A stretch of 64,000 nucleotides of DNA from Candidatus Zhuqueibacterota bacterium (lineage in GTDB: Bacteria; Zhuqueibacterota; Zhuqueibacteria; Thermofontimicrobiales; Thermofontimicrobiaceae): the NCBI GenBank assembly GCA_049322915.1, contig JBMOPW010000032.1:64001-128000 (forward strand), in the 5' to 3' direction. Positions 47,586 to 57,021 of this stretch are shown here, in pieces. The position numbers and the translations under genes were made by a program. Below the pieces are notes generated by a model, which worked only from the letters and a program-made list of their open reading frames with translations, was not told where the DNA came from and did no database searches. The number at the start of each line of letters is the position of its first letter. Positions within the stretch are counted from its first letter, which is position 1.

Positions 47586-48737
47586 ATGAAATCGAATGGA
47601 CGAAATTTTTTCAAAATTGTGGCGGTGTTGCTGGCGCTGCTCGTTTCGTTGGTGACCAATAGCTATGCCCAGGTTGAAGCACGAACAGAAGTCGCCATCC
47701 CGGACATTCCCGGCTATCGCACCTTGAAATGCGATTTTCACATGCATACGGTCTTTTCCGATGGATCGGTCTGGCCGACTGTGCGCGTGGATGAAGCCTG
47801 GCTGGAAGGATTGGATGCCATCGCCATCACCGATCACCTCGAATATCAGCCGCATAAAAAAGATGTGTCCACCAGCCACAATCGCTCCTATGAAATAGCG
47901 CTGCCAAGAGCCACAGACCTGGGCATTATTTTGATCAAAGGCGTGGAAATCACCAAGTCCATGCCGCCGGGACATTTCAATGCCATTTTTATTGGCGACG
48001 CCGATGCGATCGATCATGACGACTGGAGAAAGGCGTTGAAGGCAGCGAACGATCAGGGCGCATTTGTGTTCTGGAACCATCCGGGATGGGTTGCCCAGGC
48101 GCCCAATGGCGCAACATGGTGGGATGAACACACGGAGTTGTTCAATCACTCTCAGTTCCAGGGAATTGAAGTGGTAAACTGGTACGATTACTACCCCACC
48201 GTCTTTCAGTGGGCGCTCGATAAAAACCTGACGATCATCGGCAATTCCGATGTGCATCCGCCGACCAATCTCGGCTTTGATTTAGCCGGCGGCGCGCATC
48301 GCCCGATGACACTGGTCTTTGCCAAAGAGAAATCCGCGGAGTCCATCAAAGAGGCGCTCATCAACCGGCGGACGGCTGTGTATTTTGAGAATTTGTTGAT
48401 CGGGACCGAGCCTTTTCTGAAGCCAATTTTTTACGGGTCCGTGAAGCTGTCCACGCCCAAAGTGACGCTTGGGGCAAAGGGGCGAGTGAATCTTCAAATT
48501 CAAAATACGTCGCAGGTCGGGTTTGAACTGGTGAAAAATGGGGACATTCAGGGTCTCACTTTCCCTGAGACGATACAGTTATTCCCGCACAAAACTGTGT
48601 TGCTGGAACTGCGCCGGGGAGAAGGTGCAACGCCCGCCTCCGGTCCGGTGAAGCTGCCTTACAGGGTGAAAAACCTGCTGATAGCCCCGGATCAGGGCTT
48701 ACCGGTGGAACTGGTCATCGATGTCGAATTCATTTAA
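47586..48737 (+). CDS. Secreted PHP-domain phosphoesterase (Sb-PDE-like)
   Basis: CDFHMHTVFSDG, ITDH, GHFNA, WNHPGW and NSDVH motifs. Confidence 0.85.
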   Translation: MKSNGRNFFKIVAVLLALLVSLVTNSYAQVEARTEVAIPDIPGYRTLKCDFHMHTVFSDGSVWPTVRVDEAWLEGLDAIAITDHLEYQPHKKDVSTSHNRSYEIALPRATDLGIILIKGVEITKSMPPGHFNAIFIGDADAIDHDDWRKALKAANDQGAFVFWNHPGWVAQAPNGATWWDEHTELFNHSQFQGIEVVNWYDYYPTVFQWALDKNLTIIGNSDVHPPTNLGFDLAGGAHRPMTLVFAKEKSAESIKEALINRRTAVYFENLLIGTEPFLKPIFYGSVKLSTPKVTLGAKGRVNLQIQNTSQVGFELVKNGDIQGLTFPETIQLFPHKTVLLELRRGEGATPASGPVKLPYRVKNLLIAPDQGLPVELVIDVEFI

Positions 48738-48755
48738 TACGGTTGTGAGAAAGCG

Positions 48756-48792
48756 CCCCTCCTGATGAGTCCATGCCAGGAGGGGTTTTTTT
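48756..48792 (+). terminator. Rho-independent terminator
   Basis: CCCCTCCTG..CAGGAGGGG followed by TTTTTTT. Confidence 0.75.
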
Positions 48793-48925
48793 ATTTATAG
48801 GTTAAAGGTCGGGATAATCACGAAGATTTCATTGCGGAAAGGCAATTTCAGGGAGGGCAAGTCATCGTTGCATGTGCGGCGCTGTCCGGTATGGCATCAC
48901 GCGTCTCCCTGAGCCGTGAATTCGA

Positions 48926-50188
48926 TCATGAATTTTTTCGACCGAATTGAAGTTTTCGTCTTAGAATATTTTGTATTGTCCGGAAGAAAGCGAAAATCGG
49001 CCGCGGAATCCGGATTGGTCTCCGATACGCTGCGCTGCGGGCAGGATACAAGTTAAAGTAGAAAAACCTGCCGCCGAACCAGAGCGAGAGGATGAAAAGA
49101 ACGATGGCTGTCCTGAGCAGGGTTGTCTTTGGCTCGTCGATGATGGCAGCAGGCCTGGAGATGACATCGCCGTTTATTCGAAAGATGGGATTCAGATACA
49201 TGGTTGAACCGGAATTTTCAATTTCGGCTCGGATGTAGGTATCGCCCTGGGATAAATTTAATTCGGCGTAGTTTTGATTTTCCGTCACGGAAACCAGTTT
49301 CCCGTCCTGGCCGATGAACCGGATTTGCCCGGCCGGATTTTTCAATTGAATGCGATAGGTGTTCTCAACCACGCTGGCGAAAAGCAGCGAGTTGTCATTC
49401 ACTGCATTCCGTCCTTCCACGCCGTACATCTGGCCTTTTTTCAGGGCGGATAATACGTCTTTTTCCGCTGTCGTTTCGGCGTTGATCATGGTCCAGCATA
49501 CGCCGGTTTGGTTGGGATCGTGGACATTGTGGGAATCATCGTCGCCAATGAGCCAGACCGCTCGACCTGCGGAGAGCGCCTCATCCCACAAAGCAACGGA
49601 TTTGCGGTAATGATTCAGCACCTCGATGGCATCGTAATTTGTCAAAATCTTCATGTTGCCGGATTCATAGCCGTGCATGAATCGGGGATGGGCGATGGCC
49701 ACGAATGGATTTTCTTCCTTCAGCAAGTTCAGGATATTTTGTTTGTGATGTTCATTTTGCCAGAACATGTATTCATGCCATAATACATTTTTCGCTCCGA
49801 TGACCACCTGATGCCGCTTCTTCATGTTGTAGCCATGCTCGTAAACCGGGATGAAAGAAATGTCCATGTCCTTCATTTTATTGATATACTGGTAGTCGGA
49901 AATGGTGATGATGTCGTAGCCTAATTTTTTGTATTGCTCAACGACGTCTTCGGTCCGGTTTCTCCCGTCTGTAGCGCCCAGCCAGGAGAGCGATTGCACC
50001 TGAAAATTGGCCTTGAACCAGTCAGGATTCATGTCCTGGTATGGATTGAACCAGGTATTTCCGGCAAAGGGTCGGGGCTCTGGAAATTTATAAATGGGAC
50101 AGGTCGCGTAGCGAACCAGGGCATGAACGATGATGACGCCAATCAGAACGAACAAGACAAGAAGAAAATTATTTATGATACGTTTCAC
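48926..50188 (-). CDS. Membrane-anchored PHP-fold protein with degenerate metal site
   Basis: N- and C-terminal TM helices; AHP, IEVLN and DDSH retained; HxH is QVQ and DH is DY. Confidence 0.7.
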   Translation of the reverse strand: MKRIINNFLLVLFVLIGVIIVHALVRYATCPIYKFPEPRPFAGNTWFNPYQDMNPDWFKANFQVQSLSWLGATDGRNRTEDVVEQYKKLGYDIITISDYQYINKMKDMDISFIPVYEHGYNMKKRHQVVIGAKNVLWHEYMFWQNEHHKQNILNLLKEENPFVAIAHPRFMHGYESGNMKILTNYDAIEVLNHYRKSVALWDEALSAGRAVWLIGDDDSHNVHDPNQTGVCWTMINAETTAEKDVLSALKKGQMYGVEGRNAVNDNSLLFASVVENTYRIQLKNPAGQIRFIGQDGKLVSVTENQNYAELNLSQGDTYIRAEIENSGSTMYLNPIFRINGDVISRPAAIIDEPKTTLLRTAIVLFILSLWFGGRFFYFNLYPARSAAYRRPIRIPRPIFAFFRTIQNILRRKLQFGRKNS

Positions 50189-50203
50189 AGGAGCCTCCGC
50201 ATT

Positions 50204-51772
50204 TTAATGAATCTTTGTTCCATTGAAGACAGGATAATTTTTCAGCAAGTTTTTACAATGGTGAAAATAAATGGTTTTGGAAATGACGCCGCCTCGTTCG
50301 ACAAGAATGGAATCCGGCGCTGAGATGGATTCAAAATAAGTGGAATAGTGTTTGTGCGGATCGTGTGCATACACATTGGTCGAGATGAAGAGGCCATCCC
50401 GGCCGCGCATATCCAGTGAAGCATCCCAGATACCGAATCCTCGCGAATCGGTTTTATTGAAGCACATCACGGTGAATTTTCCCCGGGTGGCGAATTCCGC
50501 TTCGCCGCTCAGGAACCATTTATGGGTGAAAAGAAATGTGCTATCCGGATGAATGTTATGGGCTTCTAAATAGTGATTGATCTGATCCCAGCCGATAAGA
50601 TCCAGCGTAGCGTCTTTATAAAAATTTTGTTTTGACATCCATTTTCTTTCGGCCATTTTTTCAAGGTGAAAGATGCCGAATTTTACGTGAAGAAACCCGA
50701 CGATCATTAGCATGAAAATGAAAACGATGGAACTGTACACATATTTTTTAAACCACGGTCGCGAGTTCAGTTGCGCCTGGATGTGGCGAGCCAGGGGGAC
50801 CAGTAAAATCACATAGCCCGGCATGGTCCAATGCGGCAGGATTGGCTTGAACAATGAGATGAAATTGATGACGACGACCGGCAGTGTTCCAAAGAAAAAG
50901 TAGAGCCGATATTCAAGGTCGCGCTTCAAAAGTCCGCGCGACAGCGTCAGGTACATTACATAGACCAGGGGAACGAAAATCATGGGAGTGAGATAGGCCG
51001 CCTGTCCTCCGATTGCCTGGAGCAGACGCTGCAACGAGATGTTATGGCCGATCGCGCGCCCGCCTTGAAACAAAAACGAGGCAAAACCGTGCTGGTAATT
51101 CCAGAGGATGACCGGAGAGAAAACAATCAATGCGAACAACGAGTACAGATAGGGGCCGGGCCTTCGGAAGATGCGCGGAAAGCCTATGACCGAATACGAC
51201 ATGATCGAAATGGCCAAAAATAGACCATGATATTTGGAAAGCATGGTCAGTCCTGTGAAGGTCCCGGCAAGCAGCCAGTTCACAGTTCGTTCGGGATTGT
51301 TGATCAGAGAGACGTGAAAGAACAGGGCGCATATCCAGAAAAAAAGCAGGCCGGCATCGGGCAAGATCATGGCGCCGGCGCCCAATGCGAAAATGGGAGT
51401 GAGATTGAGCAAAACGAAGGCGATCACTGACTCGCGCGCGGTCAGCCATCTCCTGCTCAGCCGATAGAAGAGCAGGCTGGAAAGAGAGAAGGCTAAAATT
51501 GCGCCGAGCCGAATGGTCAGTGGTGTTATTTGGCCAAGCAGAAACGGGAAGAGGCCGGCCAGCCAGGCCACGACCGGCGGATGATCGAAATAACTCAAAG
51601 ATGGCCGGAGCGAGTAGCTGAAATAATACGCCTCATCGAAACCGGGATAGAGAGCCGCTGCCAGTGCGATTCGAGCCACGAGTGACACGCCCGAAATAAT
51701 GAGAACCGAGCGCGGAAACAGTCCCGTCGATGGGCTGGTTTGTGGATAGCTGATGTGTGTTTTAGTTTCCAT
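50204..51772 (-). CDS. ArnT/PMT-family (GT39/GT83) glycosyltransferase
   Basis: DEAYY, YFDHPP, PD, LSKY and PVILWN motifs; multiple TM helices. Confidence 0.88.
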   Translation of the reverse strand: METKTHISYPQTSPSTGLFPRSVLIISGVSLVARIALAAALYPGFDEAYYFSYSLRPSLSYFDHPPVVAWLAGLFPFLLGQITPLTIRLGAILAFSLSSLLFYRLSRRWLTARESVIAFVLLNLTPIFALGAGAMILPDAGLLFFWICALFFHVSLINNPERTVNWLLAGTFTGLTMLSKYHGLFLAISIMSYSVIGFPRIFRRPGPYLYSLFALIVFSPVILWNYQHGFASFLFQGGRAIGHNISLQRLLQAIGGQAAYLTPMIFVPLVYVMYLTLSRGLLKRDLEYRLYFFFGTLPVVVINFISLFKPILPHWTMPGYVILLVPLARHIQAQLNSRPWFKKYVYSSIVFIFMLMIVGFLHVKFGIFHLEKMAERKWMSKQNFYKDATLDLIGWDQINHYLEAHNIHPDSTFLFTHKWFLSGEAEFATRGKFTVMCFNKTDSRGFGIWDASLDMRGRDGLFISTNVYAHDPHKHYSTYFESISAPDSILVERGGVISKTIYFHHCKNLLKNYPVFNGTKIH

Positions 51773-51893
51773 GAATTTCTTCGTTGAAATCAATAAAGCC
51801 AATTTCGAAAAATTATTGTTGCAGCGTTACAGTCACATTACGATGCGGTGATATTTCTGCGTCAACAGGTGGGAAAAATTTTAGATTTAGTCA

Positions 51894-51921
51894 TTGATCT
51901 TTTCAGCGAAAATAGTATATT
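51894..51921 (+). promoter_or_regulatory. Putative sigma70 promoter
   Basis: TTGATC-N16-TATATT. Confidence 0.4.
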
Positions 51922-52040
51922 GAATGATCGATATGGGTTCCGCCATATCTGCGCTTTCAACGGGGCAGACGGGCGAACTGCTCCGTTGACTGGAGTGTAT
52001 GAAGACAGTAAAAATTGAAATCATGAAAAGGATAGTGAGC

Positions 52041-53156
52041 ATGCTGAATCTGAAACAGATTGTGAAACCGACTTTGTTAATCGATAAAACACGGGCGTTG
52101 GAAAACATCAAACGAATGATGGAAAAAGCCAGGCTCAGCAACGTCCGCTTTCGGCCGCATTTCAAGACGCATCAATCAGCCGCTATTGGGCAGTGGTTTT
52201 CGGAGAGCGGCGTGGAAGCGATCACGGTGTCGTCCGTGGAGATGGCCGGCTACTTTGCGGCGCATGGCTGGAACAATATTACGATTGCCTTTCCGGCCAA
52301 CATCCGCGAGATCGACGCAATAAACGCGCTGGCGAAAAAAGTCTCGTTGGGATTGCTGGTCGAATCCATGGAATCGATTGTTTTTTTGGAGACCAATCTG
52401 ACGGCTCCGGTGGATATCTGGCTGAAAATTGATGTCGGTTTATTTCGCACCGGTATCAACTGGGATCGGGTTGCGGAGGCATTCAACCTGATTGAGAAAA
52501 TGACAGGCAGCGCAGTTCTTCATTTCAAAGGACTGCTCACTCATGCCGGGCATACCTATCAGGCCGAATCAACCGATCGCATTCGGGAGATTTACGCTGA
52601 TACAGTGGCGCGGCTCCAATCGATGAAATCGGGGCTGGCCCGGAAAGGAGTGAACCGTCTGGAGCTCTCCCTGGGCGATACGCCCTCATGTCGTCTTGTT
52701 GAGAATATTGCGGGTGTGGATGAAATTCGTCCCGGCAATTTCGTTTTTTATGATGCCATGCAACTCAATCTCGGCGTCTGCGATGAGACCGATATTGCAG
52801 TGGCTGTTGCCTGTCCCATTGTCGCCAAACATCCGGCGCGGAATGAAGTGGTGATTTACGGCGGGGCGGTTCACCTGTCCAAAGACAGTCTCGTGGATCG
52901 GCGCGGCCAAAAAATATTTGGCTATGTGGCCATGCTGCACGAACGCGGCTGGAGCTCTATGATCCCTTCCGCTTATGTTTCCTCGATTTCCCAGGAGCAT
53001 GGTGTGGTGACTGCGCCAGACCCGGTCATGAAAAATCTGAGCATTGGCGACCTGATTGCGGTTATCCCGGTTCATTCCTGCCTCGTCATCAATCTGCTCA
53101 GGGATTACCTGTCAACCGATGGTATAATCCTGACCACAATGAGTTCACGGGAATGA
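52041..53156 (+). CDS. D-TA family PLP enzyme (D-threonine aldolase/D-serine dehydratase-like)
   Basis: RPHFKTH, THAGHTY, GDTP, EIRPGNFVFYD, SQEHG and PVHSC motifs. Confidence 0.88.
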   Translation: MLNLKQIVKPTLLIDKTRALENIKRMMEKARLSNVRFRPHFKTHQSAAIGQWFSESGVEAITVSSVEMAGYFAAHGWNNITIAFPANIREIDAINALAKKVSLGLLVESMESIVFLETNLTAPVDIWLKIDVGLFRTGINWDRVAEAFNLIEKMTGSAVLHFKGLLTHAGHTYQAESTDRIREIYADTVARLQSMKSGLARKGVNRLELSLGDTPSCRLVENIAGVDEIRPGNFVFYDAMQLNLGVCDETDIAVAVACPIVAKHPARNEVVIYGGAVHLSKDSLVDRRGQKIFGYVAMLHERGWSSMIPSAYVSSISQEHGVVTAPDPVMKNLSIGDLIAVIPVHSCLVINLLRDYLSTDGIILTTMSSRE

Positions 53157-53192
53157 TCCATCATGTCTCTGAAAAAAATTCAAAAATAATGC

Positions 53193-53221
53193 TTGACTTT
53201 TTGGAATTGATGCTGTATATT
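53193..53221 (+). promoter_or_regulatory. Sigma70 promoter of the rrf2-suf cluster
   Basis: TTGACT-N17-TATATT. Confidence 0.6.
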
Positions 53222-53231
53222 CAGGTTGAAT

Positions 53232-53254
53232 ATAAGACTAAAATAGTCTGGTAT
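53232..53254. promoter_or_regulatory. Rrf2/IscR type-1-like operator 1
   Basis: ATAAGACTAAAATAGTCTGGTAT (AGACT-N5-AGTCT palindrome). Confidence 0.75.
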
Positions 53255-53292
53255 GAACCAGGCGAAAAATAAACATATTTTTTTTTATTAAA

Positions 53293-53315
53293 ATAAGACT
53301 GATAAAGTCTGGTAT
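53293..53315. promoter_or_regulatory. Rrf2/IscR type-1-like operator 2
   Basis: ATAAGACTGATAAAGTCTGGTAT. Confidence 0.75.
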
Positions 53316-53319
53316 TTGC

Positions 53320-53736
53320 ATGATGCGATTGAGTAAAAAAGTCGAATATGGCCTGATTGCCCTCGAATACATGTCGGAAAAGAGGTATGGTGAATTGACG
53401 ACTGCCAGAGAGCTCGCGGATAAATTCAATATTTCATTGGAACTGATGATGAAAATTCTGCAGAGCCTGGTTCGGAGTGCACTGATTGTTTCGGTGCAGG
53501 GAGTGCGTGGCGGCTACTACCTGGAAAAATCGACGTCGGACATCAACATGAGCGAAATCATCGCTGCGATAGACGGGCCTTTTCGACTTGTGGATTGCAT
53601 CAAAAGCAGCGGACCGTCGAAATGTGGCCGTGATAAATATTGCCACATCCGAAAACCGTTGGAGAATATTCAGGCGAAGCTGGAAGATTTTTTCAATGAA
53701 ATTTCATTGAAAGATTTTAACGAGAAATTCAAATGA
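53320..53736 (+). CDS. Rrf2-family regulator, IscR-like with three Cys
   Basis: LSKKVEYGL, SVQGVRGGYYL, C-X8-C-X5-C. Confidence 0.92.
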   Translation: MMRLSKKVEYGLIALEYMSEKRYGELTTARELADKFNISLELMMKILQSLVRSALIVSVQGVRGGYYLEKSTSDINMSEIIAAIDGPFRLVDCIKSSGPSKCGRDKYCHIRKPLENIQAKLEDFFNEISLKDFNEKFK

Positions 53737-53747
53737 GGAGTTGATAC

Positions 53748-54305
53748 GTGGCGCGAACCCTTTCGAACATGATGGCATTGGGAACCCTTGCACCAGATTT
53801 CCTATTGCCCGATGTGGTGACGGATACAGAAAAATCCCTGGCCGAGCTAAAATCAGAGAAAGCAACTGTCATCATGTTCATCTGCAATCACTGCCCGTTT
53901 GTGAAACATGTTCAGAGCGGGATCGTGCAACTGGCCCGGGATTATCTTCCGCGAGGCGTTTCGTTCGTTGCCATCAATTCGAACGATGTCGGGGCTTACC
54001 CGGACGATTCGCCTGAGAACATGAAAGCGGTTGCGAAGAAATTCGGCTATCCCTTTCCCTATTTATTTGACGAGAGTCAGGAAGTCGCCAGAGCGTACGA
54101 CGCTGCCTGCACGCCGGATTTTTATATTTTCGACAGCGAGCTAAAATGTGTCTACCGCGGTCAAATGGACGGCTCCCGCCCGGAGAATTCTGTCCCTGTC
54201 ACCGGGAGCGATCTCCGCAGGGCGCTGGATGCAATGTTAGCCGGCCGGCCGGTCGACGCCAATCAATTGCCGAGTCTCGGCTGTAACATCAAATGGAAGT
54301 CATGA
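53748..54305 (+). CDS. Thioredoxin-like (AhpC/TSA) protein
   Basis: FICNHCPFV, AACTPDF and SLGCNIKW motifs. Confidence 0.9.
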   Translation: MARTLSNMMALGTLAPDFLLPDVVTDTEKSLAELKSEKATVIMFICNHCPFVKHVQSGIVQLARDYLPRGVSFVAINSNDVGAYPDDSPENMKAVAKKFGYPFPYLFDESQEVARAYDAACTPDFYIFDSELKCVYRGQMDGSRPENSVPVTGSDLRRALDAMLAGRPVDANQLPSLGCNIKWKS

Positions 54306-54361
54306 GCGATGGGACGCCTGTGTGGACTCATCAATGGAAGTCATTTTTTTAAAGCGCAAAT

Positions 54362-54384
54362 ATAAGACAAAATTAGTCCAACAT
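54362..54384. promoter_or_regulatory. Rrf2/IscR type-1-like operator 3
   Basis: ATAAGACAAAATTAGTCCAACAT upstream of the suf genes. Confidence 0.6.
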
Positions 54385-54416
54385 GGACTGTTGATTCATT
54401 AAAATCAGGAAAGAAA

Positions 54417-54719
54417 ATGCTGACCCAGGAAAAAGTGATGGCGGTCCTGTCCGATGTGTATGATCCCGAACTGATGGTTAGTATCGTTGATCTCGGCCTT
54501 GTGTACGGCGTCCGGATCGGGGAACGAATGGTAACAATCGAAATGACCCTGACATCTGTCGGGTGTCCTGCCGGCGAGATGCTGGAGCGGGACATTAGAA
54601 AGCATCTCAGAGAACTGCCAGGCATCGAAGCCGTGGAAGTAGAGTTCGTCTGGGATCCACCCTGGGAGCCGTCGATGATGACGGAAGAAGCCCGGCTGGA
54701 ATTGGGATATGATATTTGA
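54417..54719 (+). CDS. sufT: DUF59/SufT metal-sulfur cluster assembly factor
   Basis: DPEL..IVDLGLVY, TLTSVGCP and WDPPW motifs. Confidence 0.88.
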   Translation: MLTQEKVMAVLSDVYDPELMVSIVDLGLVYGVRIGERMVTIEMTLTSVGCPAGEMLERDIRKHLRELPGIEAVEVEFVWDPPWEPSMMTEEARLELGYDI

Positions 54720-54750
54720 AAATCAATCAATTGTAAAGGAGAGAGTCACC

Positions 54751-55539
54751 ATGAATAACGGACATACTTTGAAAATAGAGAACTTGTATGCGCGGATCGA
54801 TGGGAAGGAGATTTTACGCGGCATCAACCTGACAACGCGGACTGGTGAAGTTCACGCGCTGATGGGTCCCAATGGTTCAGGCAAAAGTACGCTGGCGAAT
54901 GTGCTGATGGGTCACCCCAAATACGATGTCACTGATGGAAAAATACTCATCGATGACGTGAATGTGCTGGAATTGCCGGCAAATGAGCGGGCATTGATGG
55001 GGCTGTTTTTGGCGTTCCAATATCCGGTGGAAATTTCTGGCGTGACGGTCGCTAAATTTTTGAAGCGAGCCGTGGAAGCCCGGCGAGCGTTTTCCGGCAA
55101 TGGACAGAAATTAAATGTTTCCGGCTATATCAAAGAGTTGAAAGAGAATGTTGACTTTTTGGAGATGGACAAGAATTTTGTGAATCGCTATTTGAATGAA
55201 GGATTCTCCGGCGGCGAGAAAAAGCGAATGGAAGTACTGCAGATGCTGATGCTGAAACCGAAATTTGTGGTGCTGGACGAGACCGATTCCGGGCTGGATA
55301 TCGACGCGATAAAGGTTGTTTCCAAAGGGGTGAATAAACTGCGCGGACCTCAGCTCAGTGCATTGATCATCACCCACTATCAGCGCATTTTAAATTACGT
55401 CTCTCCGGACTTCGTTCACATCATGTATCAGGGGAGAATTGTTACATCAGGCGGCCCGGAACTGGTGGGCGTGCTGGAAGAGAAAGGGTACGAATGGATC
55501 AAAACGAAATACGGCGTTGCTGAAATGAACGCAGTTTAA
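54751..55539 (+). CDS. sufC: Fe-S assembly ATPase SufC
   Basis: GPNGSGKST, FQYP, FSGGEKKR, LDETDSGLD and ITHYQR motifs. Confidence 0.97.
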   Translation: MNNGHTLKIENLYARIDGKEILRGINLTTRTGEVHALMGPNGSGKSTLANVLMGHPKYDVTDGKILIDDVNVLELPANERALMGLFLAFQYPVEISGVTVAKFLKRAVEARRAFSGNGQKLNVSGYIKELKENVDFLEMDKNFVNRYLNEGFSGGEKKRMEVLQMLMLKPKFVVLDETDSGLDIDAIKVVSKGVNKLRGPQLSALIITHYQRILNYVSPDFVHIMYQGRIVTSGGPELVGVLEEKGYEWIKTKYGVAEMNAV

Positions 55540-55575
55540 GTCATTGACCTTTTTCGAATTCAAGGAGAAAATAAA

Positions 55576-56985
55576 ATGAACTCTCAGGAATTTAATATCG
55601 GAGTCGCTTCCGATACATATAAATATGGATTTCATGACCCGGAAACATCGGTGTTCAAAGCGCAAAAGGGGCTGAGTCGCGAGGTCGTTCAGCAAATATC
55701 TGCCCATAAAAATGAGCCGGAATGGATGAAAAATTTCAGGCTGCGAGCCCTGGAAATCTTTTGGAAGAAGTCCATGCCCAATTGGGGCGCAGATTTGTCT
55801 CGGATCAATTTTGATGAAATTTATTATTATGTGAAGCCAACGGAATTCCAGCAAAGAAGCTGGGATGATGTGCCGGAAACCATCAAAAACACGTTCGACA
55901 AATTGGGCATACCCGAAGCGGAACGAAAATTTTTGGCCGGCGTCGGCGCCCAGTACGATTCCGAGGTTGTGTATCACAATCTGAAAGAGGACCTGGCCAG
56001 GCAGGGCGTTATTTTCGTCGACCCGGAGACTGCGGTGCGGGAGTACCCGGATTTGGTCAAAGAATATTTCGGCACAGTGATTCCGCCATCCGACAATAAA
56101 TTTGCGGCGTTGAACAGTGCGGTGTGGTCCGGCGGCAGCTTTGTCTACGTGCCGCCCGGTGTGAAAGTCGAAGTGCCGCTTCAGGCCTATTTTCGGATTA
56201 ATGCCAAAAATATGGGACAGTTCGAGCGCACGCTCATCATCGCCGATGAAGGCAGTTTTGTCCATTATGTGGAAGGTTGCACCGCCCCGATTTACACAAC
56301 TGATTCCCTGCACAGCGCAGTGGTGGAAATCATCGCCAAGAAAGGGGCGCGCGTGCGGTATTCAACCATTCAAAACTGGTCCGGCGATGTGTACAATCTG
56401 GTGACCAAGCGGGCCATTGCCCACGAGAATGCAACGGTGGAATGGGTCGACGGCAACATCGGCAGCAAGGTGACGATGAAATATCCTTCGGTGTATCTGA
56501 TGGGGCAGGGAGCTCACGGAGAGATTTTATCCATCGCGTTTGCCGGCAGGGGCCAGCATCAGGATACCGGCGGAAAAGTCGTCCACGTCGCCGATAACAC
56601 GACCTCTGTCATCACATCAAAATCGATCAGCAAAGATGGCGGCCGCGCCGGGTATCGCGGGCTGTTGAAGGTCTACGAAGGACTGCATCATGTCAAATCC
56701 AATGTCGTGTGCGACGCGTTGATCCTGGACGAAAAATCGCGCAGCGACACCTATCCCTATATCGAAGTGAATGCGAATGATGTTTCCATCGAGCACGAAG
56801 CCAGAGTCAGTCGCATCAGCGAGGAGCAGTTGTTTTACCTGATGAGCCGGGGACTGAGCGAGCAGGAGGCGTCCATGATGATTGTGAATGGCTTTATCGA
56901 GCCGCTTGTCAAACAACTGCCCATGGAATACGCCGTCGAATTGAATCGGCTGATTGAACTGGAAATGGAAGGTTCGGTGGGTTAA
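55576..56985 (+). CDS. sufB: Fe-S assembly protein SufB
   Basis: [28 protein letters not shown] and HEA motifs. Confidence 0.97.
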   Translation: MNSQEFNIGVASDTYKYGFHDPETSVFKAQKGLSREVVQQISAHKNEPEWMKNFRLRALEIFWKKSMPNWGADLSRINFDEIYYYVKPTEFQQRSWDDVPETIKNTFDKLGIPEAERKFLAGVGAQYDSEVVYHNLKEDLARQGVIFVDPETAVREYPDLVKEYFGTVIPPSDNKFAALNSAVWSGGSFVYVPPGVKVEVPLQAYFRINAKNMGQFERTLIIADEGSFVHYVEGCTAPIYTTDSLHSAVVEIIAKKGARVRYSTIQNWSGDVYNLVTKRAIAHENATVEWVDGNIGSKVTMKYPSVYLMGQGAHGEILSIAFAGRGQHQDTGGKVVHVADNTTSVITSKSISKDGGRAGYRGLLKVYEGLHHVKSNVVCDALILDEKSRSDTYPYIEVNANDVSIEHEARVSRISEEQLFYLMSRGLSEQEASMMIVNGFIEPLVKQLPMEYAVELNRLIELEMEGSVG

Positions 56986-57021
56986 ATAGCGCCCACTTCG
57001 TTAACAGAGGAGAATGAAATT

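Noticed and set aside
55447..56313. 288-aa minus-strand ORF
   Set aside because: Antisense shadow of sufB
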